Positions 37,176 to 52,579 of a stretch of DNA of 64,000 nucleotides are shown here, in pieces; the first letter of the stretch is position 1; the number at the start of each line of letters is the position of its first letter. The notes beneath the pieces were generated by a model. It did no database searches. It worked only from the letters and a program-made list of their open reading frames with translations, and was not told where the DNA came from. This DNA is from the human T2T-CHM13v2.0 reference genome, Homo sapiens, in NCBI RefSeq assembly GCF_009914755.1, contig NC_060930.1, one strand, 5' to 3'. The translations under genes and the position numbers were made by a program.

Positions 37176-40100
37176 GGGCGGGGCCAAGATGGCGGATTAG
37201 AAGCAGTGGAATCAGAGGCTCCCTCCAAAAGAACCATAATAGTATGTGAATCCTGCACCGCAAGCAAGGTATCCAGGTTCTCTCTTCACAACTGACTAGG
37301 CGGCCGGCGTGATCCACAGAGAGGAAGGAAGAGTAGTGTGGTGTGGTGTCCCACTTCAGAGCCACATGGGGCAGGGGAGCCCCCACCCCCTAGCCAAGAG
37401 AGGTGGTGAGTGAGTGTGCTACCCAGTTGGGAAAACCATGCTTTTTCCACGGAACTGTGCAACATACAGATCGGAAGATCCCCCTCACAAACTCACATCA
37501 CCAGGGCATAGGGTCCCAATCCCAGAGCCGCACAGATAATCAACAGCCTTTCCGCTAGAATCTCCTTAAACCTGTCGAGTTCCCAGGGGGAGGGGCAACC
37601 AGCACCACAGCTGCAGCTGCCTGCTGTCTAAGCCATTAGAGCTCCTTGGGAGAGGGGGCAGCAGCCAACACTGGGACTCATAACTGCCTAACATGCTAAG
37701 CTCCCTGGGTGGGAGAAGGGCAGCATCCATCTCTATAGCTCCAGGCCACACATTTCTCCTGCTAGAACCAGGGAGTCTGGAAGGCTTGGTCCCAAGAGAT
37801 ATCCCCCACAGCCCAACACATGGGCTGTGTCAGACTGTGGCCAGAGCGTCTCTTCAGGCCTGACCCTGACTCATCCTTCCTCACTGGGTGGGGCCTCCCT
37901 GCAGGAACTACAACTCCAGCCAGAGGCTCAGGGACTGAACCCTGATCTCTCTAGATCTGATCCCGTAGGGGAAGGGGTGGCCACAGTCTCTGCAGACCAG
38001 CAGTTAGCCTTTCCTCCTAGTAGTTCTGAGGAATCCGGGCAGCCCAGACAAGTGGGTTTCCCCACAACGAAGCACACTCCCTCCACAAGGAATAGTCAAA
38101 GTGCTTTGTTAAATGGGTCCTGTTTCCCATGCCACCCAACTGTTTGAGACCCTCCAACAGGGGTTGTCGGACACCCTATACAGGAGCGACCCTACTGGCA
38201 TCAGGTTGGTGCCCCTCAAGGCCAGAGATCCCAGAAGGAGCAGGCACCCATCTTTGCTGTTCTCCAGCCTCCTTGAGTGACATCTCCAGGCACAGGAGTG
38301 AACCAGATGAATCGGGCTTGAAGTGAACCCCCAGCAAACCGCAGAAGCCCTACAGAAGAGGGACCTGAACACTGAAAGTAAAACAAACAAACAAACAAAC
38401 AGAAAGCAACAACAATAGCATCAACAACAAAAAAAGTCCCCACAAAAACCTCATTCAAGGGTCAGCAGCTACACAAACTCATGAAGCTGAGAAAGAATCA
38501 ACAACAACAACAAAACACTGAAAACGCAAAAGGCCCGAGTGCCCCTTCTCCTCCAAATGATCGCAACACCTCTCCAGCAAGGGTGCAGAACTGGATGGAG
38601 GACGAGATAGACAAATTGACAGAAGTAGGCTTCAGAAGATGGGTAATAAAAACTCCACTGAGCTAAAGGAGCATGTTCTAACCCAAATGCAAAGAAGCTG
38701 AGAAACTTGATAAAAGGTTAGAGGAGCTGCTAACTAGAATAACCAGTTTAAAGAGGACTATTAATGACCTGATGGAACTGAAAAACACTGCACGAGAACT
38801 TCATGAAGCGTACACAAGTATCAATAGCTGAATTGACCAAGTGCACGAAAGGATATCAGAGTTTGAAAACCACCTTGCTGAAATAAGGCATGCAGACAAG
38901 ATTAGAGAAAAAAGAATGAATAGGAATGAACCAGGCCTCCAAAAAATATGGGACTACGTAAAAAGATTGAACCTATGATTGACTGGAGTATCTGAAGGAG
39001 TCTGGGAGAATGGAAACAATCTGAAAAACACACTTCAGGATATTATCCAGGAGAACTTCCCCAACCTAGCAAGACAGGCTGACATGCAAGTTCAGGAAAT
39101 ATAGAGAACACCACTAAGATACTCCAAGAGAAGATCAACCCCAAGACACATAATCATCAGATTCTCCAAGGTCAAAATGAAGGAAAAAATGTTAAGTGCA
39201 GCCAGAAAGAAAGGCCAGGTCACCAACAAAGGGAAGCCCATCAGACTAACAGTGGACCTTTCAGCAGAAATCCTATAAGCCAGAAGAGATTGGGGGCCAA
39301 TATTCAACATTCTTAAATAAAAGAATTTTCAACCCAGAATTTCATATCCAGTCAAATTAAGCTTCACAAGTGAAGGAGAAATAAAATCCTTTCCAGACAA
39401 ACAAATGCTGAGGGATTCCGTCACCCCAGGCCTGCCTTGCAAGACCTCCTGAAGGAAGCACTAAATATGGAAAGGAAAAACCAGTACCAGCCACTGCAAA
39501 AACACACCAAAATATAAAGACCAATGACACTATGAAGAAACCACGTCAACTAGTGTGCAAAATAACCAGATAGCATCAAGATGACAGGATTAAATTAACA
39601 CATCAGAATACTAACCTTAAATGTAAATGGGCTAAATGCACCAATTTAAAAGACACAGACTGGCAAATTGAATAGAGTCAAGATTCATCGGTGTGCTGTA
39701 TTCAGGAGACCCATCTTATGTGCAGTGACACACATCAGCTCAAAATAAAGGGATGGAGAAAAATTTACCAAGCAAATGGAAAGCAAAAATGAAGCAAAGG
39801 TTGCAATCCTAGTCTCTGACAAAACAGACTTTAAACCAACAAAGATCAAAAAAGACAAAGAAGGGCACTACACAATGGTAAAGGGATCAATTCAACAAGA
39901 GGAGCTAAGTATCTTAAATATATATGCACCCAATACAGGAGCACTCAGATTCATAAAGCAAGTTCTTAGAGACCTACAAAGATACCTAGACTCCCACACA
40001 ATAATAGTGGGAGACTTTAATACCCCACTGTCAATATTAGATCAACAGGACAGAAAATTAACGAGGATATTCAGGACTTGAACTCAGCTCTGGATCAAGA

Positions 40101-41728
40101 GGACCTAATAGACATCTACAGAACTCTCCACCCCAAATCAACAAAATATGCTTAGTGCCACATAGAACTTACTCTAAAATCAACCACATAGTTGGAAGAA
40201 AACACTCCTCAGCAAATGCAAAAGAACTGAAATCATAACAGTCTCTCAGACCACAGTGCAATCAAATTAGAACTTAGGATTAAGAAACTCACTTAAAACC
40301 ACACAACTACATGGAAACTGAACAACCTGCTCCTGAATGAATACTGGGTAAATAATGAAATTAAGGCAGATATCAAGAAGTTCTTTGAAACCAATGAGAA
40401 CAAAGAGACAGTGTACCAGAAGCTCTGGGACACAGCTAAAGCAGTGATAAAAGGGAAATTTATAGCACTAATTGCCCACATCACAAAGCTAGAAAGATCT
40501 TAAATCAATACCCTAGCATCACGATGAAAAGAGCTAGAGAAGCCAGAGCAAACTAATCCAAAAACTAGCAGAAAACAAGAAATAACTAAGATCAGAGCAG
40601 AATTAAAGGAGATAGAGATACAAAAATCCTTCCAAAAAAACAAGTGAAACCAGGAGCTGGTTTTTTGAAAACATTAACAACATTGATAGACCACTATCTA
40701 GACTAATAAAGAAGAAAAGAGAGAAGAATCAAATAGACACAATAAAAAATGATAAAGGGGATATCACCATTGACTCCTCAGAGATACAAACTACCATGAG
40801 AGAATACTATAAACACCTCTAGGCAAATAAACTAGAAAATCTAGAAGAAATGGATAAATTCCTGGACAATACAATACGCAGTACCCTTGAAGAGTTCCTT
40901 CACATCCCTTCTTAGTTGTATTCCTAGGTATTTCCAGCTTTTGCCATTCAATACGATATTGGCTATGGGTTTTTCATAAATAGCTATTACTATTTTGAGA
41001 TATGTTTCATCAATACCTAGTTTATTGAGAGTTTTTAACATGAAGGAATGTTGAATTTTATCAAAGGCCTTTTCTGCATCTATTGAGATAATCATGTGGT
41101 TTTTGTCCTTGGTTCTGTTTATGTAACAGATTACATTTATTGATTGCATATGTTGAACCAACCTTGCATCCCAGGGGTGAAACCGACTAGATTGTGGTGA
41201 ATAAGTTTATTGATGTGCTGCTGGATTTGGTTTGCCAGTATTTTATTGAGGATTTTCACATTGATGTTCATCAGGGGTATTGGCCTGAAATTTTCTTTTT
41301 TTGTTGTGTCTATGCCTGGTTTTGGTATCAAGATGATGCTGGTTTTGTAAAATGATTTAGGGAGGAGTCCTTCCTCTTTAATTGTTTGGAATAGTTTCAG
41401 AAGAAATGGTACCAGCATATGCAGTCATAAAAAGGAATGAGATCAAGTCTTTGCAGGGACATGGATGAAGCTTGAAGCCATTATCCTCAACAAAGTAACA
41501 CAGGAACAGAAAACTAAACAACGCGTGTTCTCACTCATAAGTGGGAGTTTAACAATGAGAACACATAGACACAGGGAAGGGAACAACACACACCAGGGCC
41601 ATTGCGGGATGGGGGGTGAGGGGAGGGAACTTAGAGGACAGGTCAACAGGTGCAACAAACCACCATGGCACACATATACCTATGTAACAAACCTGCATGT
41701 TCTACACATGTATCCCAGAACTTAAAAA
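37176..41728 (+). mobile_element. L1PA8A-like element with intact 5' UTR, decayed ORF1 and endonuclease region, internal inversion and deletions
   Basis: 5' end gggcggggccaagatggcgg. EN peptide (AILVSDKTDFK, IIVGDFNTPLS) at 39776-40081. Sense to ~40873, inverted 40885-41416, sense 3' end 41418-41728 with the motif gggaacttagaggacaggtcaacaggtgca. Confidence 0.9.
37186..37195 (+). promoter_or_regulatory. YY1 site at the L1 5' end
   Basis: AAGATGGCGG ~10 nt from the element start, the canonical position of the L1 YY1 motif. Confidence 0.7.
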
Positions 41729-41754
41729 ACACACACACACACACACACACACAT
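41729..41754. repeat. (AC)n microsatellite at the L1 tail
   Basis: About 12 AC units directly after the short A tail. Confidence 0.95.
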
Positions 41755-42325
41755 AGGAGGCTTGCCTTATAGATACTGAGATTTATTATGAATTAGAGTA
41801 TTTAAGGCAGCTCAGTACTGGCACAGTAACAGACAAACCCCTAGAACTGCAAAGAGAGTCTCCAGAACCAGAGTCGTACATGTATGCACCTTTGGTATGT
41901 GATGGAGCTGCATTGCAGATCAGTAAGAGAATGCTGAGCCCTGAATGAAGAATCATTATAGGACAATTCAGAATTTTATTGAAATAAATATTTAACTGTA
42001 GTCTCACTGCATCTAATATATAGAAATCAATTTCAGATGGATTAAATACTTACTAAATGTTAACAGCAATACTTAAAAGGCTTAAATGAAAATTTGGAGA
42101 ATACTTTAATGACCGTAGGGCACAAAGAGATTTCTCAAAAAGAACAAATCATAAGAGATAATACAAATATTAAATAAGACAAAATTACAGACCTTTTTCA
42201 TTCACAGTTATGATGAAGAAAAGAGACAGAGAAAATATTTCCAGCACAAAAAATAAACATATTAGTACTCAGAATATATAAAGCAATCTTAAAAATTAAT
42301 AAAAAAATGATAATCAAGAAAATTT

Positions 42326-42625
42326 GGCTAGGTGCGGTGGCTCACACCTGTAATCCCAGCACTTTGGGAGGCCGAAGTGGGTGGATAACCTAAAGCCAGG
42401 AGTTCAAGACCAGCATGGCAAACAGGGTGAAACTCCATCTCTACTAAAAATATAAAAAAAAATTAGCCAGGCATGGTGGTGCACACCTATAATTGCAGCT
42501 TCTTGGGAGGCAGAGGGAGGAGAATTGTTTGAACCCAGGAGGCAGAGGCTGCAGTGAGCCAAGATTGCACCACTGCACTTCACGCTGGGTGACAGGGTGA
42601 GACTCCATCTCAAAAAAAAAAAAAA
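42326..42625 (+). mobile_element. AluS-type SINE
   Basis: Full dimer with poly(A). Confidence 0.95.
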
Positions 42626-43879
42626 TTAAAGTGAATATAATCTTTAAACAGACGCTTCAAAGAAGAGGAAACTTGAATGACCAATTAGCCTCACTTTATC
42701 ATGGTATGTAGCTCTGTTTACATTCATGGGTTTGGTGTGCAGATATTTTGTTGTTTTTGCATTTAAATTAATGATAGATGTTTGTGGGATTTTTTGCTTT
42801 ATTTTGGTCTTTGTTTTGTTGAGCTATCATTTTCTGGTTTAGTATTTAGGGCAATAATAGACTTACAGCATGAGTTGAGAAATGTCCCCTTCTCTCCTAT
42901 GTTCTGGAAAAGATTTGTAAAAATGATATTAATTCTTCTTTAAATTTTGTTAGATTTCTCCAATGAAACCATCTAGGCCTGAAGATTTCTGGGGGAAGGG
43001 GGGTGTTGGGAGTGGCTTTTAAATTACAATTTCAATTTCTTTGTTAATATGAGATGATTTATACTGCCTACTTCCTCTTAGAAGTTTGTAATTTTTGAGG
43101 AATTACTCCATTCCTTTTACGTTTTTGAACTTAGGAGTATATTATATATTATGCTTTAACAGTACTAGAATCTGTAGTGATGTGTCCTACTTTATTCCTG
43201 CTTTGACTATTTCTGTTTTCTCTCTACTTTTGTCAGTCTTGCTGGAAGTTTTTCAATTGTATTATTTATTTTAAAAACCATATTTTTGTTTCATCGATTT
43301 TTTTACTACATTTTTTTCTATTTTCAGTATCATTGATTTCTGCTCTTACCTATTATCTCCTTCCTTTTACTCACTCTAATTTACTCACTCTATTTTTCCA
43401 GGTTTTTTTTTTTTATTGAAAATTAGGTTATTAATTTGAGATGTTTTTTGTTTCTAATGTAAGCATTTAATCCTATAAATTTACCTCTTAACATTGCTTT
43501 AGACACATCACTCATATTTTCATCTGTTGTGTTTTTGTTTTCATTTAGTTACTTTAAAAAATTTCCTTGAGACTTCATCTTTGACCCATGGATTATTTAG
43601 ATAGGCCTTGTTTAATTCCCACATTTTAAGAGATTTCTTGTTTTCTTTCTGTTACTGATTTCTAATTTGATTCCATTATGGTGTAAGAAAACACTGCAAA
43701 ATTTCCATTGTTTTACATTTGTTGAAGTTTGTTTTATGGCTCAGAGTATAGCCTATATTGGTAACCGTTCTTTGAGCATTTGAAAAAATAGCTGTATTCT
43801 GCTGTTTTGGGGTGGAATGTTCTATATATGTCCATTAGATTCTGCTGATTGTGTTATTTAGATCTTCCATGTGTAAAGA

Positions 43880-44021
43880 TTTTTTGAGAGAGGTCCCTAC
43901 TATTAATATATTGCCCAAGCTGGTTTTGAACTCAACTCCTGGGCTCAAACTATCCTCCTGTCTCAGCCTCCTGAATAGCTGGGACTACAGGTGCCTGCCA
44001 CTGTACCCAGCTGCACCCAGC
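43880..44021 (-). mobile_element. FLAM (Alu monomer)
   Basis: Single monomer flanked by a degenerate TSD tagatcttc(c/t)at(g/a)tg. Confidence 0.85.
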
Positions 44022-44664
44022 TAGATCTTCTATATGCTTGATGATAATGTCTAGTTCCACAGGAAGCGATCGTTGAAGTTCTAATATTTAACTGTGGCTT
44101 TTTCTATTTTTACTGAGGTTCTGTTATTTGACGCATACACATTAAAGATTTTTATATAGAAGTTTAATTCTTTAAGCATTAATGCCATTTTTGTCCATAT
44201 ATATATGTATGTATACACATACATATATTGCTCTTCAGTCTGCGTCACTAGATATTAACAGAGGCACTCCTGCTTTGCTTTTTTAAAAGTGTTTTCATGG
44301 TATATCTTTTTCATCCCTTTACTGCCAATCTATCTATATTATGGAGATGAATTATTGTAAATAGTATTTTGTTGGGTAGTTTTTAGAAATCCATACTGCC
44401 AATCTCTACTTTTTGATTGGTGTACTTACACCATTTGCATTTGAATTAATTATTGCTATGTAAGAACGTAAGTCTGCCAATTCTTATTTGTTTTCTATTT
44501 GTTTCACCTGTTTCTCCTCGCTCAGTTAAACTTGTCTTGCCTTCCTGTAGGTTACTTGAATATCTTTAAAGGTTCTATCTGGATTTATTTATAGTGTGTT
44601 TGAATATATATCTCTCCGTAGTACCCAGAGGAATGGGTATTAGAGTATATACATATAACTTATT

Positions 44665-49133
<4,469 letters not shown>

Positions 49134-51437
49134 ATATAGATATAACTTATTATGGCCTACTTGTATTAACATCTAACCATTTCTAGTGAACAGTGGAAAC
49201 TTCACATCAGTTTAGGTTTCTTTACCTACCTCAGTTTTCTATATCATCAGCTTGAGCATCACATGGTATTATAATTTTTGTTTCAGTCATCAAATGTTAT
49301 TTATAAAATGCAGGAGAGCAAAGATAGTATATTTTATGTGGCCATACTTCCTTTCTGCTTTTCCATTATTCCATCTTCCTAATGTTCCAAAATTTCTTCT
49401 TTTATCATTTCCTTTTGGTTTGAAGAACTTTCTTTAGCCAGTCTATAAAGCTAGATTTGCAAGTAACAATTTCTTTTAGATTTTTTTTTTTGGTCTAAGA
49501 GTGTTTTTTTACCACTTCATTTATAAAGAATAGTTTAACCAGATATAAAATTCACAATTTATAGTTATTTTCCAGTACTATAGGATCTTTTCCTTTAGCA
49601 CTAGATTCTGCTTAGAAAAATGTTGTACAATTTCTGTTTTTTTTTGTTTGTTTCAGATTTTTAAAACATCTTTGTTATTTGAATTGGTATTCCTCTATAG
49701 ATGTTATATCTTGTCTTGGTGCTTTCAATATTTATCTTTATTTTTCTAAAGATTAATTATGAGATTTCTTGGTATGGATTTTTTTAGGTTTATCCCATTT
49801 GGGATTCCCTTAGCTCCTTGGATGTGTAGGTTTGTGTCTTTCACCAAATTTGGGAAGTTTTCAGCAATTATTTGTTCAAATACTCTTTCAGGCCTCCTCT
49901 CTTTTTCTCCTTTTCTGTGACTCTGATGAGTGTTGACCTTTTGTTATTATCCTATAGGACCCTGGAGTTTTGTTCAGTCTATATTTTCTCTGTTTTTCAG
50001 ATTACATAAATTCTAGTGTTCTGTCTTCAAGTTTACTGATGCTATTCTCTCTTCACTTCCACTCTACTGTTGAGTCCATTCAGTGAGTTTTTAATTTCTG
50101 TTATTGTGTTTCTCAGTTCTGTAATTTCAGTTCAGTTCTTTTTTATAACTTCTATTTCTTTGTTAAGTTTGTATATTTTTTTCATTTGTATCAAGAGAAT
50201 TGATAATTAATTAAAGTGTGTTTATGATGGCTGCTTTAAAATTCTTTTCAGATAATTCTAACATCTTGAGAAAAATCAGATGTTTGCATCAACTGATTGT
50301 CTTTTGTTTTTCAAATTGTCCTTTTTTGGTTCTTGGTATGACAGGTGATTTTCTATTGTACACTTGGCCTTTTGCCTATTATGTTAGGGGACTCTGGATC
50401 CTATTTAAATCTTGCATTTTAGCAGGTATTGATCTAAGTTTATAACGGTCTTCCCCTATTTTTGCAGACTGTGGTTCCAATGGCAGTTTAATTGTAAGAG
50501 GTCTTATAGTGTTATTTTCGTCTCCTCAGTTTATCTAGTGCCACCGAGTCTCTCACTGTTCTTCGCTGGAGCTCTCTGATATTCTTGGGGTGGGTGGGGA
50601 AATATTTCGCAGGCCAGGATACTGAGTATTTCTTAATGGTGGAGAAATGTTATAGGATCCTCTCCTGGACCTGGCTGTTCAGTGTTTCTGGGTAGGGAAA
50701 GAGCATCTCTTAGTTCATGGGGACAAAAATGTTTTCATGACCAGGGCACTTGGTTTGGTGGCATCTCTTTATTGGTTCTACACACCTGAACTGGTATTTG
50801 TGGGTGAAGGAAGAGTGTCTTGGGTTCATAGGTACAAAGAGGCTTTCCTGTACTAAGCTGCTTTCAGTAGCTGGGTCTCTGCGAGGGTGGCTACAACTCC
50901 TTGGTATCTCTTGGTGAGATTCCAAGAGACAGATGAGTCTTGGGCCTAGTGGAGGCGAGTACTTCTCCAGCTGCTAATACTTAGTGGGACTTAGAATATA
51001 TCGCTCTTGTTCATGCTGTTGGGCTCTCCTGATGATATCAGAAGGATGCTCATTCAATCTGGAGGGAGAATGAACCTACCTGAATTGTCTTCTTTTGCGA
51101 AGTTAGGGGCTGAAAGTGTCAGTGGGTGGGCTTTCTCTGTTGAGTGGTTTTCCAAACCAGCTCCCTTCTTCTTAGCACCTTTCCTGGTTCTCTCTTGGCT
51201 GATTCTTGTGTGATTTACAGGGTTTATAGTAATGTTTAATGGGAAGGAGCAAGGAAATGAATTCTTGTCATCTTGTCCAAACTGGAAGTATCTTTATTCT
51301 CTTTTAACCTGTACATGTATTGTTTAAGTACCCTCCTGTTGTTTACGCAATTTAATAATACATTTTAATTTAATTTTAATTATCTTAGTAGGCTTAATAT
51401 TTTCAGTCAGTCTGGTGCTACCTTATAACTTAATCTT

Positions 51438-51578
51438 GCTGGGTGTGGTAGTTCATGCCTATGATCTCAGCACTTTGGGAGGTGGAGGCAAAAGGCCAGG
51501 AGATTGAGACCAGCCTGGGCAACAAAGTGAGACCCCATCTCCACAAAAAATATTTTTAGAAAACTAAAAATAAAAAAA
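51438..51578 (+). mobile_element. FLAM_C / left Alu monomer
   Basis: gctgggtgtggtagttcatgcc...gagaccagcctgggcaacaaagtgagaccccatctc followed by an A-rich tail. Confidence 0.88.
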
Positions 51579-51849
51579 GTACTCTTGGATAACCATCTAC
51601 AGGAAATACAAAAAAGTGTCTGTACATAAGTACATTTTTTCTAACTGTAAAAATGAGATCCAATAAGCATTGTCAACAAGCTGTGATCATTGATCAAAAC
51701 CATTACTTTATGCACAGTTTATGTGTAGTGTGTATCCTACCTATTCCATTACATTTGTTGTATTCTGAATCTTATAATTTGGTTAGAAATATAGATTGAT
51801 GGTATTTGAGAACCATCTTATAAACTGTAATATAATTAGTAGGGTCTTT

Positions 51850-52075
51850 TTGTTGAGCACTTAATATTTATTTGTTGTTTAAAATAGATCATTCGAGTTT
51901 CTCATCATAACAGACCTGCACTGCAATCGTAGTATTATTATCCACATTATACGAATGAGAAAACTGTTGTCAATTTTTCCCATAACTTGTCTCTGATCAC
52001 AGTTATAAAGTGACATGACTGAGATATGAGAACATATCTTCTTCCACAATTTATGTTCTTTACACTATATTACTT
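51850..52075 (-). mobile_element. MIR SINE
   Basis: gtattattatccacattatacgaatgagaaaactg...taacttgtctctgatcacag. Confidence 0.7.
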
Positions 52076-52199
52076 CCTTTGCACAAAGTGACAATATCAA
52101 GTCAATGATATTTAGAAAGAAAAATGTGTTAATAGGCTGACCTGATTATCTCATCCTCTTCTATTTTTTTTACAAATTCCATAATAGAATTTATATTTT

Positions 52200-52579
52200 C
52201 TTTTTATATTTAATTTTATATACTTAAATTTTTTGTTTTAAATTTGTACATAATTGTACATATTTATGAGGTACAGTGTGATGTTTGGATACATATATAC
52301 ATTGTGTACTAATCAAATTAGAGTGTTTATCATATCTCTTGCCTCATAAATGTATTATTTCTTTATGGTAAGAACATTCAAAATCTCTTTTTTTGAGCTA
52401 TTTTGAAGTATAAAATACAATATTGCTAATCATAGTCACAGTCACCCTACTGTGCAATAGAACTAGAAATCAGAATTTAGTCCTTCTGTCTATCACTGTA
52501 ACTTTGTATTTGTTCACCAACCTTTACCTGCCCCCTCCAATCCTTTCCCCTTCACAGCTCCTGGTAACTATTATTTTAC
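52200..52579 (-). mobile_element. L1MA-type 3' end
   Basis: taattgtacatatttatgaggtacagtgtgatgttt...gtcaccctactgtgcaatagaac. Possible TSD tagaattt(c)tat. Confidence 0.85.

Larger units (their letters stand above)
36000..42690 (+). mobile_element. Old L1M ORF2 scaffold interrupted by L1PA8A and an Alu
   Basis: Decayed RT-region sequence at 36000-37175 continues at 41755 (ggaggcttgcc...tactggcac, ~GGL...WYW). Confidence 0.7.

Noticed and set aside
40885-41416. Inverted segment copied from the neighbouring L1PA7 (same orientation at ~46650-47535)
   Set aside because: Many substitutions and indels between the two by eye, so it is not a recent local copy.
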